DNA of 62,292 nucleotides, filler included, from Dimargaris cristalligena (Eukaryota), in assembly GCA_003614675.1 (NCBI GenBank). It is 2 parts of 2 records of this genome, joined end to end, with 100 filler letters (N's around TTAATTAATTAA, not from the genome) between each part and the next. Parts side by side here need not be neighbours in the genome. Positions count along the whole stretch, not along the records: positions 31,236 to 62,292 come from ML002447.1; 1 more part is not named here. One strand, 5' to 3'. Shown piece after piece: positions 37,288-50,950 of the stretch (the stretch's first letter is position 1; each line of letters begins with the position of its first letter). The notes beneath the pieces were generated by a model that had not been told where the DNA came from, ran no database searches, and worked only from the letters and a program-made list of their open reading frames with translations. The translations under genes and the position numbers were made by a program.

Positions 37288-40200
37288 TCAGTTGCTCAAT
37301 TGAATCTTATACGTCGCCAATTGGTCATTGGTGATTTCACTGGGACTTCCCATAAGCAAGTCGTGGCCCGACGAGGATTTCGGAAAGGCAATTACTTCCC
37401 GAATTGAGCTGGCCCCACAGAGAATTGATACCAGGCGATCTAAGCCTGGGGGCGTAGGAAAATACAAGGTGGATATAAACAATAAAAATATTCCATATAA
37501 TAGTGTGAGTGGCGATACCCTCCCCCACGTCTCCTTTTCACTCCCTACCCTCTCCATTCAACTAAATATTAGCCGATAGGGTTGGGTGGGAAAGGGGGGG
37601 AGGTAATATGATTCATGGCGTATTAAAAGAAATCATAATGGAAACACCCTGGTTATGGACCCTAGGCTGTATTAGGGCTGTGTACAACGGGTCGGCTTTC
37701 AATGGGGGCGACTACACACAATACCAATAGAGCCGCCAAAAGGAAAGAATCGCAAGGTATTTTTATCCCGAATGAGATTGTTCGAAACAATTTCCCCTCC
37801 CCGCCCTCATCAGTACCATTTACCCTTTATTGTAATGGGTGTAGTAGGATTTAAAGGGGGGTTTAGATGCCAGCCTATCAGATGAGAGGGAGGAAACAAT
37901 AGTGAATTATGGATGCTTTGCCTCTATGTATTATCCAGCCGGTTATACTCCACCATAGGACATTGTAAACGCGACTCGACTTACCTAATGCAATGCCACC
38001 ATGGGGTGGACATCCATGTTGGAAGGCATCAAGTAGATGCCGGAAGCGTCCACGCTGGATGGCAGGAAGCTGTACGAATGCATCCCGGGAAAAGCGAGCC
38101 GACAATATTAAGCATAATTGGTTTAGTTATGGGCAGAGCAATAACTGGGTAGCAGCATTCTAATGAAAGCCACTCTCGAGTCTCAACCCTGGTTATCTGT
38201 GGCCAGATTAACGAAAGGAATTAGACGCTGGACAAGGGGAGGTTTAGCACATAAGGATACATGGCTATGGACTATGGATCCCAGTCAGCTGTGTAGTCAT
38301 TAATGGGGAATAGAGAGGTGGAACCAAAGTCGGGGTTCGGATTTGGTGGAGAAAGGGGGGAGTGGGGCAAATGAAAAATACTGTATAGGGACAATCGAAA
38401 TAGGCCATTTCAATATGAGAAAAATAGGGCCGTAAAAGGTCCGTGCTCAAATGAGCAGCGGTGGGCCTATGCCCAATTTCACAGGTCGTAAAATACGAAA
38501 CCGGATGAGGCTGACATAGGTTTTTAGAATTAATTGGGAAATATAACCAGAAAAAAAGTCAACCTCAGCCAGTATGTTTACAATAGTACATCAATCCCTT
38601 TAGAGGCCTGGATTCCAGACCTTAGTGGGCCAAATAACTATTACCCGTTATAGCTCAATGGAAACCCCACAGACTTAAAGAGATGAGAAAATAATTCGAA
38701 AAAATTAATCAAACATAATCCCGAGTGAAAGGGAAAATGAGGGGCCAGGGCATTTCCAATTCAAATATCTGATGACTGCCAGCGGCAGCTTGTCCAACAA
38801 ATGAAACGAGGGGGACACACCAAGCGCGACAAGCAGCCCCGGAACGAAACAGGCTGGGAAAGCTCCGCTTCCTTGGACCCAGTCGTCGAGGAGCCTCCTA
38901 GTCTCCAAGTGGTCCCAGGCTCGGGCGACCAGCTGACCCAAATGGAGACAGCGAAAATGGGTCGAGGTTGGGCCTGTACCCACACCCTCCCACCTGTGCA
39001 GGGCATGACCTAAGGAGACCAATCCCAAAATATACCCTCAGAAGGTGTCTCACAATTACACCTTCTCCCCCCCCTTTTTTTGTCCCCTGGTTTGTTAAAA
39101 CCGTACCCGCCAAACTCCGTTCCATCCTTAAAAGTACGGAGCCATAATGTTCGAATCGCTATAGGCCAAGTCCAGTTTCGATGAACAAGACAAGCGAGGG
39201 ATTGGCCGGGATCCAGTCCCTAATATCTTTTACTGGTTAAGCGCATTTCTGCACCAGGTTAACCACCCCCTTTCTCCTGACCCTCTCACAATACACACTC
39301 CGGCCGACTGCACTTACCTTGAGAACGTGCTCTAAAATATAGGCCTGCAGCTCGGGCGAATGGATACGAATCGAGCCACCCGCAATCTCCATCCCATTTA
39401 GCACCAAGTCGTAGTGTTTGGCCCGTACTTTTTGGGGGGCCGTTTCCAAAAGGGGGAGGTCCTGGTTCATTGGGGAAGTGAAGGGGTGGTGCGTCGATGC
39501 CAGGCGGTGCACCTGGCCCTGGTCATCCAATTCAGGCGTGAAGAGCGGGAAGGAATGGATCCAGGTGAAGGCTAGCTGTTGAGGGCTAATGGTCAAAAGG
39601 CCTATTTCAAATGTGAAGAATACAGGTTTTGTACAATAAAAAAAAATGGGTCACGTTTTAACCAAACGCATAAATAAATTCGCACACCATGGCGATTGCC
39701 CAAAGAGATCCAATACAACCCCGAAAATAACAGAGTTAATTCAAATACGATATATAAATATAAGAGTAAGCTAAGAAGAGGACTATGGAGGGTCATCTGA
39801 TAGCACTTTATCGCAATATGCCAAAATCAATTAGTCCACAAATACGCGTCACAGCTATCCAATTAGGAACGGTGCACAGAGGGCGGTGTATAATGCTCAT
39901 CTCAATAGCGATTTGCGAGTTTGATTTTCGGTCAGCCGCACGGTTTCCCACCAACTAATATAGGCGCAAAAGTACGACAGTCAAAGTGGACCAAATATAA
40001 AGTGCCGTGGTGATAAGGCTGGCCTGAGCGCAACAGCCTAAGGGATGTCGCTGATATACCCGATCTTCCCACAGCCGAAGCCCGGGGGGAAAAAACTTAC
40101 TTTTACTTTCTAGTACTTGCGCAGCAGCAATTCTTGCTCGACCAAGGGTGGTAAAATCGGGCTAGAATTCGAAAAGGACGAGTATGATAGAGACATGGAT

Positions 40201-43200
40201 CGAATTTAAATATGTAATATATATATATATATATAAGAAGGAGTTGTGGTTTGGTGCGGATAAAGTGAAGGCATTAAAGGAGGTGGACTAAAAAATAGGC
40301 AACAGCTGAATGTCAGAAAAGAAAGTGGTATGAATGAGAGGGTTAAATAATCATTGACTTACATTTCCCTGAGTGGACCGTTCGCTAATAGCTACCACAT
40401 GCCCAGGCCCCAGCTTGGTAATATCAGAGAGTCGGGCATGATTCAAAGACGATGCGTACTTATCCAGTAGGGAAAATGAGGACACGCAATGCAAGCCCTC
40501 GTCACTGCATTTATACAGGCTATTTGCCTACGGTCCGAGGTATAGCCACGGTATATATATTTATAAAGAGACAAAAAGAAGCTAGTATTAGAAAACGTGG
40601 GTAGTTTAAAAACCATCTGTTCATTTTCCAAGATAATGAATTTACGTAAATTTGGTAAACACCTACCTGACTTTCATGGTTGGCCTCACTCTCTTTTAAG
40701 ATTTGCTTGAGAGCATCGAGGTTTTTACGGGTAAATTGGCCCTGGTCGGGAATCACCAGGCACTCTAACAACGTCGGTCGTTCTCGAGAGCCATCAGTGA
40801 AGTACCCTTCATCCAGTTGGCGGATCTGAAGAAAATTAACCAAAAATCAAATGAATAGGCCCGGCCATCATTTAGTTAAAGCCTCCCACTGTCCATATTA
40901 CAAACATTGCCTCCTATAACTATAAGCCTTGAGGATTCTGCCAATATAATACATCAAAGGAAACGATAAGAAGTGACAATGGCCTTGGTCACAAGCTATA
41001 TAGTAATAATATAATATAATAAACAATGCGATCTCGCATACCTGGACTTACCTCCAGTCCGTATCGAAGATCCGGTTTGTCCGAGCCATACTGTTTAATA
41101 ATAAAGACGTTGGAGTTGATAAGAAATGTAAATCCAATGAAATTTAAGTTTCTAGCCCGAAAAAATTACTACCCCCAGTCCTTGTAGGTAGTCGTAACCA
41201 AAGAGAATTGTCGGTTAAGAAGTACATATTCGTACCTTGCTGATGGCGTCCTGGTAAGCCAGACGCGGAAGAGGGCCGCTGCTTAAGATATCCACCCCTT
41301 CCGTGGCTTGCCAGATACGTTGGACGGTAGTTTCGACCAACCCCATCACATCCTCCTCGTTGACAAATGACATTTCAATATCGATCTAAATAAGGTGTAG
41401 GGTATACAATTATATATAGCAATACGATGCCTTTAGGTGAATATAGAAACCAGAGGTAACTTTACTTAAAGGGAGGTACATCGCCTTTTAATAGACAGTA
41501 GTGGTGTAACTAGTGTACCAACATCGCCATCGCATGAGTCCTAATGACCCCTGCCGTTTGTTGGGATACATATAATCTCGGGATTAACAAAGATCATGAA
41601 ACATAAGACTATAGTTAAATGTATTATTGATATTACCTGAGTAAACTCTGGCTGACGATCCGACCGCGAGTCTTCGTCACGGAAACAACGGGCAATTTGG
41701 AAATAGCGATCGGCGCCGCCGACCATAAGCAGTTGCTTAAACTAAATAGCGAGTAAGGATTATAGAGCAGGTCAAGCATGAATCAGATTAGTTGGGGAAT
41801 TACCGGCCCAAGGCATGTTGAGAGAATATATGTTAAATCCGCCTAGTGCAACAGACTCTCCGTATATAAATGACTAAAGTATTTATCTACCTGCTGGGGA
41901 CTTTGGGGCAGCGCGAAAAACCCATTTTTAGTACGGGTAGGTACAAGAAACTCTCGGGCCCCTTCGGGTGTAGATTTAAAAAGCATCGGTGTTTCAATCT
42001 CCAGAAAATTTTCTATCAGCGAAATTTAGGACAATTGAAAAAAATAAAACAAGGGCAAGATGGATTAATAGGTTCGAGGTACATGTTGAATAATCAAATG
42101 CCTAAAGAAAACGCTTCAATGTATTAATAAACCAGTATAGTTAAATGTGACGATGGCCGATACATTAGTCGTATAACATCGCCCACTTACGGTACGGTAC
42201 ATACCTTCTTCAATTAGCAGTCTTCTAACTGTATGACATACGGTGGACCGCTTCTGTAGGTTCTGCTGTAATTGGGTTCTTCGTAAATCAAGATGGCGGT
42301 GTTTGAGACGGATTTCTTCCTTGGGCTATCAGGGAAATTAGTATTATACATATAAAAACCTGGTTACTAAGGCCAACTAATTGATCGATTGGGTAAAAAG
42401 AATAAATAAATAATCAAGTAATCTAGTCGGATTGGAACCGGGATCTATATCACCACGCCATATAGCTAGACTTACCAGGTCCTTAGAATCCTCGGGAGAA
42501 AAGGGCAGGTTAGAAGCGGCATTGAGTACTTGTACTTTTTGAGCAGTGACTTCGATTTCTCCGGTTGGCATTTGCTGGATAATTATTAGGGGTAGATAGA
42601 ATCAGCAAGAAAATAAATAATGGTATTATCCTATGGGACGTCCTCTATTTAGCTCCACTTCAGGTCCAAGTACATAAACCCGATGCTTTTTGTACCAGTC
42701 TTCGGACTGAGATGGTACATTTCCTCTTATAATATAATCAAACAGTATCATTTCGCCTTACCTTTTTTACCATGTCTTTAGGGCGAGGTGTGACCGTACC
42801 CTCGATGGCAACGACCGATTCGGGCGATAGATTAACGAGGGTTTGGAATTGCTGGGCCTCTGGCCCATTAGCAGTGGCTGCTTCGGGCTTTTGATAAACC
42901 ACTTGGGTTACCCCGAATCGATCACGGACTACTATGAAAAGCAGGTCCGCGCCCGCTTTCCTGGTGGTTTTTCAAAACACAATCAAAGTGTAGTCATTTG
43001 GTTTAGTAGTCCGACCCTTCGTGAAATAGGAATAAGGACATTACCTCCACCCAATGCCGAGGAGAGGTGTTGTAGGCAATATTTAGTAACGCCTAGATAC
43101 TATATTGATGATCTTGAATAGTAAACACCTACCTGACTGACTGAACCCAGCCGCATAAGCCAACTTTTTGACCAAGGTGACTGGCCCGGAGATCCCCACA

Positions 43201-43672
43201 AGTATGGGTTCGACTCTGGAAATCTGGTGGGGTCGGATTAGGGGCATGGATTATTTGGCAGCATCGATGATTGTAGTATGGAATTACGGATATTTCCGGA
43301 CCAAGTAAAGTTCGTGGTATTAGTATGGTTAAGCTAGGGGTAAAAGGTATTGGTCCAACGAAGTGTGTCGGCGTTATCCTGGGCTGTGGCATATGGTATC
43401 GCTATTTACACTTACTTACCCGGTAGGGAAAACTGAGGCATTGGTGAGCAGGGTGCTGTTGGGGGGGTGGAACCGTTCCGCTGGTAAGGAGCTTGTTTGA
43501 AACACGCCTGGGAAGTGTTCGCCAAGGAACGAGACATCCGGGAGGAATTGGAAGGAATGCGCATTCCTCCCCTGGATAGGACGACGCCGGCTCGGTACAT
43601 GAAGTGGGTGCCTCGCATGACCACGGCCTGCCCGGAAGGAATACGACCGATTAGCCCAAGAACTGTCACCAT
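37288..43672 (-). CDS. MSD1: Mitochondrial (bacterial-type) aspartyl-tRNA synthetase, 15 exons, 696 aa
   Basis: Exons: 43672-43420, 43223-43133, 42960-42762, 42574-42476, 42325-42205, 42012-41891, 41741-41637, 41385-41236, 41090-41052, 40825-40667, 40527-40363, 40161-40101, 39601-39318, 38069-37985, 37445-37288. Motifs [96 protein letters not shown] and VIAFPK. Confidence 0.93.
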
Positions 43673-45012
43673 GGCGGTAGGCAGGGCGCAATAGTTGGAA
43701 ATGGAGGAATGGTTGGTGAGGATACCCGGTGCAGACAACGTTATGAATGAATCCAGAAGGGAGATCTAGCGGCAATGGTATGAAGGTGAGAATCCATTGC
43801 GGGCAAGCGGTCATGTTCATGGGTGGTGAAGTCTCAACACGCTTTGCTGATGTACCCAAAGTAAGGTTGGGGGCGCAGTCGAGGCATTAATTCCCCAGGA
43901 AGGGCCGCGCTCAGTTACTTCGTATACCATCGCAGAGTGTAAAAAGGGTCATCAAAATCTGGGGGCTAATTAATGCATTTGTATCGCTTGGTGTCTGCTG
44001 ACACCATTCAGGAGGCCCTTTGGGCTGGGATTGCGAGCCAAACGATGGCCATATCTTAGTTGTTAATATATACCAATAGGGGGGCTTCGTGGCACTCCCC
44101 GCTGGAATCACAGCATGTCGTTCGTAGCCTTCTGTTCCACGCCTGATCCTTCGCCTAATAATGTTACGGAGAACCCTATGACCCGTCCGTATGCCTCTGT
44201 CTTCTTAAGCAGCTTGCTTACCCACCCACATAGGCCGAGTGTACTTGATTAAAAGGGGATACCGGGAAAGATGCTTCGTCAAACACCGCACTGAGTCATT
44301 TCTGGTGTATGCGGCGTGCAGGCGGAGTTCTCCACCTCCCTCCGCAAACTGTGCCGCTTGCGGTCTACAGCCTACAGAAGTACCAACCCCAGAGCCAGTT
44401 GGATTTGAGCGGAGACGAGGGGGTCACTGGGCTTTGAACGGGGAAGGGAGTAAAGGGGGAAATAAATTAAGGACCAAGGAGACACAATAGGAACAACCGA
44501 AGGGTTAGAGGGTTATGCTAACCAGCAGCATATACATCACCCCGGATTATGGAGGAGAGGGACCAAGGCAGTTTAGAAGAGGCAATCAGTGGACTGTATG
44601 CATGCATTCAACGTCCGGCTGAGTTTAGAGCATATAGAGCCACTTTCTCTGTTGGTCTCTGTCTTCCCCCTCTCTCTCTCTCTCTCCCTCTTTTTTTCCA
44701 TTGGACGATTATGATTGTAGCTGTTGGATCAGTATAGTAGCAGCATACAGACAGACAGGCATAATATCCCCCGTATTTAGACTCCAGTGAGGGCACCCAC
44801 AAGCCTTTGATCCTGCTTCAACCGTCCTTTCGCTCTCTTATCTCTATACTTTTTAATATTTGTCTATAACCCTTTGGCACAAGGTATGCCCTATTCTCCT
44901 TCATCAACCCAACTCTGATTTAACTGCTCATCTCCACCAATAGTTGTTTCCTAACCCTCTGCTCTCCTATTCGTCCCCCGTTCCCATCTCTCTCATCTAT
45001 CATCCCAGCAAG

Positions 45013-46557
45013 ATGTCACCCGCTGCTGTAAGTCAACCCACCCCTTATTTTCTCATCTGCCTCAGCCACCAGGAACCGCACGGGACGGGTGCAGCGAGAC
45101 ACCACTGATGGCTGCTGCCTTTTGGATTCGGCCTGCGCTTGGAGGCTGGGTTTTGCTGCCGTATTTTACCGACTGACTATCCGCCGAGGGTGCTGCTATT
45201 CCAAGCCCCTCCTCCACTTATTCCCCGCTCGAATTAAGTGCTTTTATACCCGTCTGTCTACGGTCGAGGAATTCCTAACTCCTACCCGCTGTTTCTCTAA
45301 CCCGCTGTCTCCCCTCCCCTCTATCCCCCGACCGTTCGCTCTTTTAAACCAATACGATTCCTGTTTCCCCCGGCCCAACGTCTCATCCCCTTCCTCTCAC
45401 CTCGCCCGTCATGCCCATTTTCCCGTACAATTCCCTTCCGAAATCGCCCACTTTTCATTTCGAAAAGTTCCAGAGTTACAACTCCCACCAGACACGGCCT
45501 GGCAGTCACAGATGGAAGAACGCCAAGAAGGGCCTACAGTTCACCGTTATGACAGTGGGTAAGTGTGCCCTCCCCTCTCCGTTAGACTAGTCCTTTGGTA
45601 ACCCCAAACGTATCCCTCACCCACTCTAGCTTTCAGTTCCCGCTAACCCTATTTTTTGCCATTTTGCTTACCTTGGGCCAACCCCGTTAATGACGCATAA
45701 TCACACTACCTTGCTTACTAGGCTGCCCCGGTCTGGGCCGCACCACGTTCATTAACACGCTTTGCGAGAAGTCGGTCCTGCCCGCTGTCGAAGTCGGTAG
45801 CCCCGAGACCGCCCACGAAGAACAGCCCATGACCTTCAAGCCCTACAACGTAGAGATGGAGGAGGATGGTATCAAGATTGCCTTCACCGTCATCGACACC
45901 CCCGGCTTTGGCAATGGCGTGAACAACGAAGAACACTTCAAACAGATTGTCCACTACCTGGAGTCCCGCTATGAAGAGACTCTGGCCGAGGAGACCCGCA
46001 TCAAGCGGAACCCCAAGTTCAAGGATAACCGGGTGCACGCTCTGCTCTACTTCATCACCCCCACCGGCCACGGCCTGCGCGAACTGGACATTAAACTCAT
46101 GAAGCGGGTGGGTAACCGGGTCAATGTGATTCCCATTATTGCCAAGTCCGACTCTCTTACCGTAAACGAGCTGCGCGACTTCAAGAAACGGGTTATGGAG
46201 GACATTGATCAGTTCCGTATTCCCATCTACAACTTCCCGTATGATGCGGAGGAGGACGACGAAGAGACCGTCGAGGAGAACAAGGAACTGCGTAATCTGC
46301 TGCCGTTTGCTATTGTGGGTTGCGAAGAAGAGGTTATGCACGACGACGGGTCCCTGCTCCGCGTCCGCAACTACCCTTGGGGCCGAGTTGAGATTGATAA
46401 CACCGAACACTGTGACTTTGCTCGCCTGCGATTTATGCTGCTCAACTCCCACCTATCGGACTTAAAGGAAATCACCCATGATATTTTGTACGAGAACTAC
46501 CGTACGGAAAAACTATCCGACGAACAGACTGGCGAGCCCATGGCCGTCGATGCCTAA
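45013..46557 (+). CDS. CDC11: Septin, Cdc11/AspA type; exons 45013-45027, 45492-45558, 45722-46557; 305 aa
   Basis: Polybasic KNAKKGLQF; P-loop GCPGLGRTTFINTL with the Arg typical of Cdc11/AspA; DTPGFG; AKSD; YPWG; YENYRTEKL. Probable 5'UTR intron at 44884-45008. Confidence 0.88.
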
Positions 46558-49500
46558 ATATCGGGCGGCATGGGTCGGCTTGTTTGAGGCGGGGGGATTC
46601 CGCTCGCCTTTTTTCCCCGTCCCCTTAATACCGCAGCTACACTATTTCCCCTCACATCCCCATTAGTTTGCTATTTATTTTATTTCTCTCCAGCCTCCTC
46701 CATTCCACACACCTCTTCTGTCTCTTATTTACATGTTTTCCGTTGCTTGAATTTCGTTGGACACGCATTCTCCGACCTTCCTTTACGCCCTAGCCTTTGA
46801 AGTACAATTCTAATTACACCTTTACTAGTTCTCCTACCCAACCCTCAATTAATGTCTTTTGCCCCAATAACTCTATCATCGGTACCCCCAATCCGAATTA
46901 TCATGATGTTTCCCTCCTCGTTAAGTTTGCCTCGAGGGCCTATGTCTCCTCCCAGAGCAGTGGTCTCAATTTTGCCCAGCCCCGCCCAGGATCATCGGTT
47001 AGTTAGAGTGGCACCTATTATATGACCATGTTTGGCTATTATCACTGCAATGATGGGTGGGAGGGAGAGGGGCCTTGAGGCGTGCCTTCAAGAAGGAATG
47101 TTTTTATTTTTACTATTCCCTCCGATGACTTCTACGACGACTAATGAACCTCTAAATTGTGCCAAATTGCAACCCTGAAGAGAGAGAGAGAGAGTGTCCC
47201 AATTTGAATGCGGAACTTTATTGACTATTGTGGTGTTTATTGCACCTTCGGGAAATTGGGTGTTTTTTTTCCGCGCTGCCTTCATCGATTCGCCAACGTT
47301 GGTGGGGGTGCTTTCGTGAAGGATGCTGGCTTGGCTGGATTTCTTTACAGCCAACGTGGGGAAATGTGTGGGGTCAATGGGGGGCTTGCATGGAAGGAAC
47401 TGAGCCGTCAACCATGCATTACAAAATGGTGGAGTGGTAAATCCAGTACGGCTTATAGCGCCTGGATCAGGCTAAAGCCTGCTTAATCGAGCCATTAGCA
47501 CCGTTTACCCAGAGCGGTAAAAGGACAAAGTGCTAGTATGGCAGACCGGAATGGGTATTTTCCCATCAAGATACAGTTTCCTCCGTCCCCCCAAAAAACA
47601 TGATCCGCCTCGAAACGGATTGGTCTCCTAGCCCCTTACGGACATTTTTTTTCCGTCAAGCTCATTAAGACGCTGCCTTTTTGAGGGGAAGGATTTCTCC
47701 CCGCCTGCCCCTTCCGTGAATTGGGCAAAAGTAGCCTTCACCATGCTGAACCCAGGATGATACTTGGACAATGCCTATTTTCTAACCCTGAAGTAAATGA
47801 TGGCTTAGCAGGGGGGGAAGTATGTAAGTTAGATGAACTCGTCTTAAACGAGATGGTTTATTAGATCGAATGGTTCCCGTCACGTTCAATTCAATTCGCG
47901 TCGCCTATCCGCCTGAAGGCGTGAGAGTGCATTAAAACCAGTCACTCAATGTAACCCGAAATGGGTTTAATGTCGCCAGGTTTAACAGGCAGTATGGGGC
48001 CCCACGCAGGGTCGGGAATCCGGGCGAGAGTCGGTAGAGAGAGAGAGAGAGAGAAAGAAGACCCTTACTTTACTTACCTGGTGGCAAGAAAGTACAACGC
48101 CATTTGGCCTTTATAAATCCACCGACCAACTGAAATGGTATATGTGTGTGTGTGGTGGGGGAACTAGCCCCCCTCGTACTCGTATTTACCAGACGACGGT
48201 GATGGCCGAGGGGCTTCGCATATGAGGTGACATATGTCCGCGGCCACCTCGACCTAGATTCTACCCGTTTAATGGCGCCTCTACCCTCCCCCTCACCCTA
48301 CACGGCCTCCAATGTTCACTGCATCTGCCAATGTGGATGCCGGCTATTCAACATGGCATCGTTGAAATTGGACAGCGGCTCACTCAGGGGGGGGGGCACA
48401 CTCCTTTCGGTTAAAACAAACCCCAGGTCTAAAATTGCGTATTATTTACTGCGATTGCACGGAAATAGCACCATCTTATAATATCGCCATTGACTCGACA
48501 CTACATTACATTTCTTTCCCCCGAAGTTTGTGAATGTTTGGCCTATATGTTTAGGTATCCGTGATAAAGGAGGGGATGGTCTCACACCTCCTTAACCTGT
48601 AAACAAATGACCACGTCCGCACTTTGGGGTCAATCCCAGTCAGAATACACCATGTTAAGGTGTTGTTTTTTTTTGGTTGTTAGATTTTTTTTCACTCCTC
48701 ACATTTTTTATTCTCACTCTGATGATTCCAGTGTAGTAAAATAGAATGGTGGTATATCTTTAGGTTGATGGGCAGGGTGAGTGTATATCTGGTCTATTCT
48801 TGAAATGGGTAAACGGGATTTGATGGATACTATTGCACTTCTCAATTGGGGAGGAGGGGTGTACGGGGAAATCACGGTAGGGTGCATAAGTGTGTGCATT
48901 AGACCGCTTAATGTGCGTCCGCTGCCGACCCAAACCTGTCCTTACGCCTCCGTGGAATCGGTTTCTTTTTTTAAATATATATATATATAAAATTGGGGGA
49001 AATTTCGTGCTTAACTCCGCTTTACCGAATATAAGGGGAGTTTTAGAATGGGTGGGTGGACGGTCATATGAATGGCGGTAACCAACGGAGCGGAGATGTC
49101 ATCAAGACTTTTCGGATACAGTCTTTCCAGGCGGAGCATTTCTATATATAAAAAATAAACGCATCATCTGGATCGGCCATTCTCCAACTGAGCCATTGCC
49201 TCCAGGACCTATCGCCATTACCGCCTACAACTCCGATGGGCGGTTGGGGTGAGGGGGGCAGGTAGCTTTGGGGCAAAGGGAATTAGCCGATGCTGTCGAA
49301 AAGTCCGACTCCCTCCTCACGCAAAGCCCTCTCTCCCGTTCCGTGCTGAATGTCTCTTAGTTTTATCATATATGACATGATAAGCCATTCCGATCCGTGG
49401 TGGGGGACCGGGAATTCGATCAACACTCGTTGGGCCCAATTTCCCTATAGACGGGTACTGAATGAATGAATGGATGAATAAAAGGAAACTCGGCCAAGCC

Positions 49501-50950
49501 CAGCCTAGTTGGTCGGTCAGTGTCAGTGGCATGGAAGAAAATAAATCATCTATGGAAAACATGGCTGACTTATTCACTGAAATCATGACCGCCCCAGGCA
49601 ATATTATTCTTATTATTATCATCGTTAATTGACCCTTTCTATCCCCCTCATTTTCTCTCTCGCCCGCCTTCCCTTTGCTCAACCGAAGATGTATCAAACT
49701 CCACTGTTCGTGGTAATTTTCCTCTTTCATTTCCCCCCATTCCGCCACCCCAGAGACCGCTGCTGTCATGTAAATATTTTTGCATTTCCTATACTTGACA
49801 CGGTGACCAATAGTATTGGTTATGAGCGATCCACACCCACTCGCAGTGAAAACCCGTCGATCTTTGGGGTGGTTGGCGGTTGCCTCATACCCAATAAATG
49901 GGAGTTCCGAACGAGGATGCAAGTTTATTATAGGACACACCCATTTCCAACTCACACACACGCCCTCTACAAAGAAACGATGAGTGGTATATACAAATGG
50001 ACGGGAGCAGTGTAGCCAAAGAAAAAAAGAAAAGGACCATAGAAAAGAGCGACATTGTGGCTATATTTTTATACCTACTCCTTCTCTGTTTAACCAGGCC
50101 TATTTTTGGGGCGAACTCACGGAGTCTATAAATATAAAAGCGTTGCGGGAGGGTCTCGGATATAGCTGTACCACTGCTCCCCGGCCTCAATGAGCGTTGC
50201 TTCACCCCATCTCCGAATACACCACCACAGCCGTTTTCTACTTTTCACGATACCTCCCCGTCCCATACTCATTGGTTGTAGCCGTTGTACTGCCTGGTCC
50301 AGTTTGCCAGCAAATTTGGATCGTTTTTTCCCCAACTCCCTGAACCATTTTTGTTATTTTTGTTGAGTGAGGAGGGCCTTGCTGCACCGGTGAGATCTTC
50401 TTTACTTATATACAGTGCCTGCACCAACTTTATTTTGCGGGCCGTATTCACCGCCGCACTTCCTCGGCCAATAGTGGGTATTCGCGCAAGCCAACCCGTC
50501 TCACTAGTAAGTCTCCGCTATTCATGTACGACATTGAACGCGCCTTCATTATCAAACAACCCTCGAGTATAAGTGGCCTGCCTCTGTGGAGCGGGAGCTG
50601 GAAAGGGGGCATATCGTAAATCCGCGTATCGCCGAATCCTAATTACATTACTTGATACGGCCGATAGTTTGTCACCAAAAAGCAACTGATACTATAGCCC
50701 CCACCACCTTCCTATTCTCGTATTTTAGCGATTAAATTGCATCGCCCTTAGACCAACCATCATCATCCTAACGGCAATTCATTTCAGGCCAATCGGTCGA
50801 TACTACTTGGTTCGTTACGGATTACCCTCAGACCCTTACACTCATTGTCCGAAAATAGAATTGCAACCCCACTCCAAAAAAAACCATCAACTATATAGAC
50901 GGGTGTGTTATTCCTTCCCATCAACCCACAGTACTATTTTTAGTGTGACA

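Noticed and set aside
39140-39165. GTTCGAATC T-loop-like motif (tRNA)
   Set aside because: No T-stem pairing or cloverleaf can be formed around it.
45718-46452. 244-aa minus-strand ORF, and similar antisense ORFs over PTC1, SSH4, ARC40, MFS and TUP1
   Set aside because: Shadows of GC3-rich coding sequence on the opposite strand.
48071-48081. TACTTACCTGG resembling the U1 snRNA 5' end
   Set aside because: No U1 loop motifs or Sm site follow. It is better read as a minus-strand CAG|GTAAGT donor, and tested downstream acceptors gave only tiny ORFs.
49317-49961. 214-aa minus-strand ORF
   Set aside because: Non-ATG start, crosses simple-sequence tracts, and shows no domain or gene-like codon bias.
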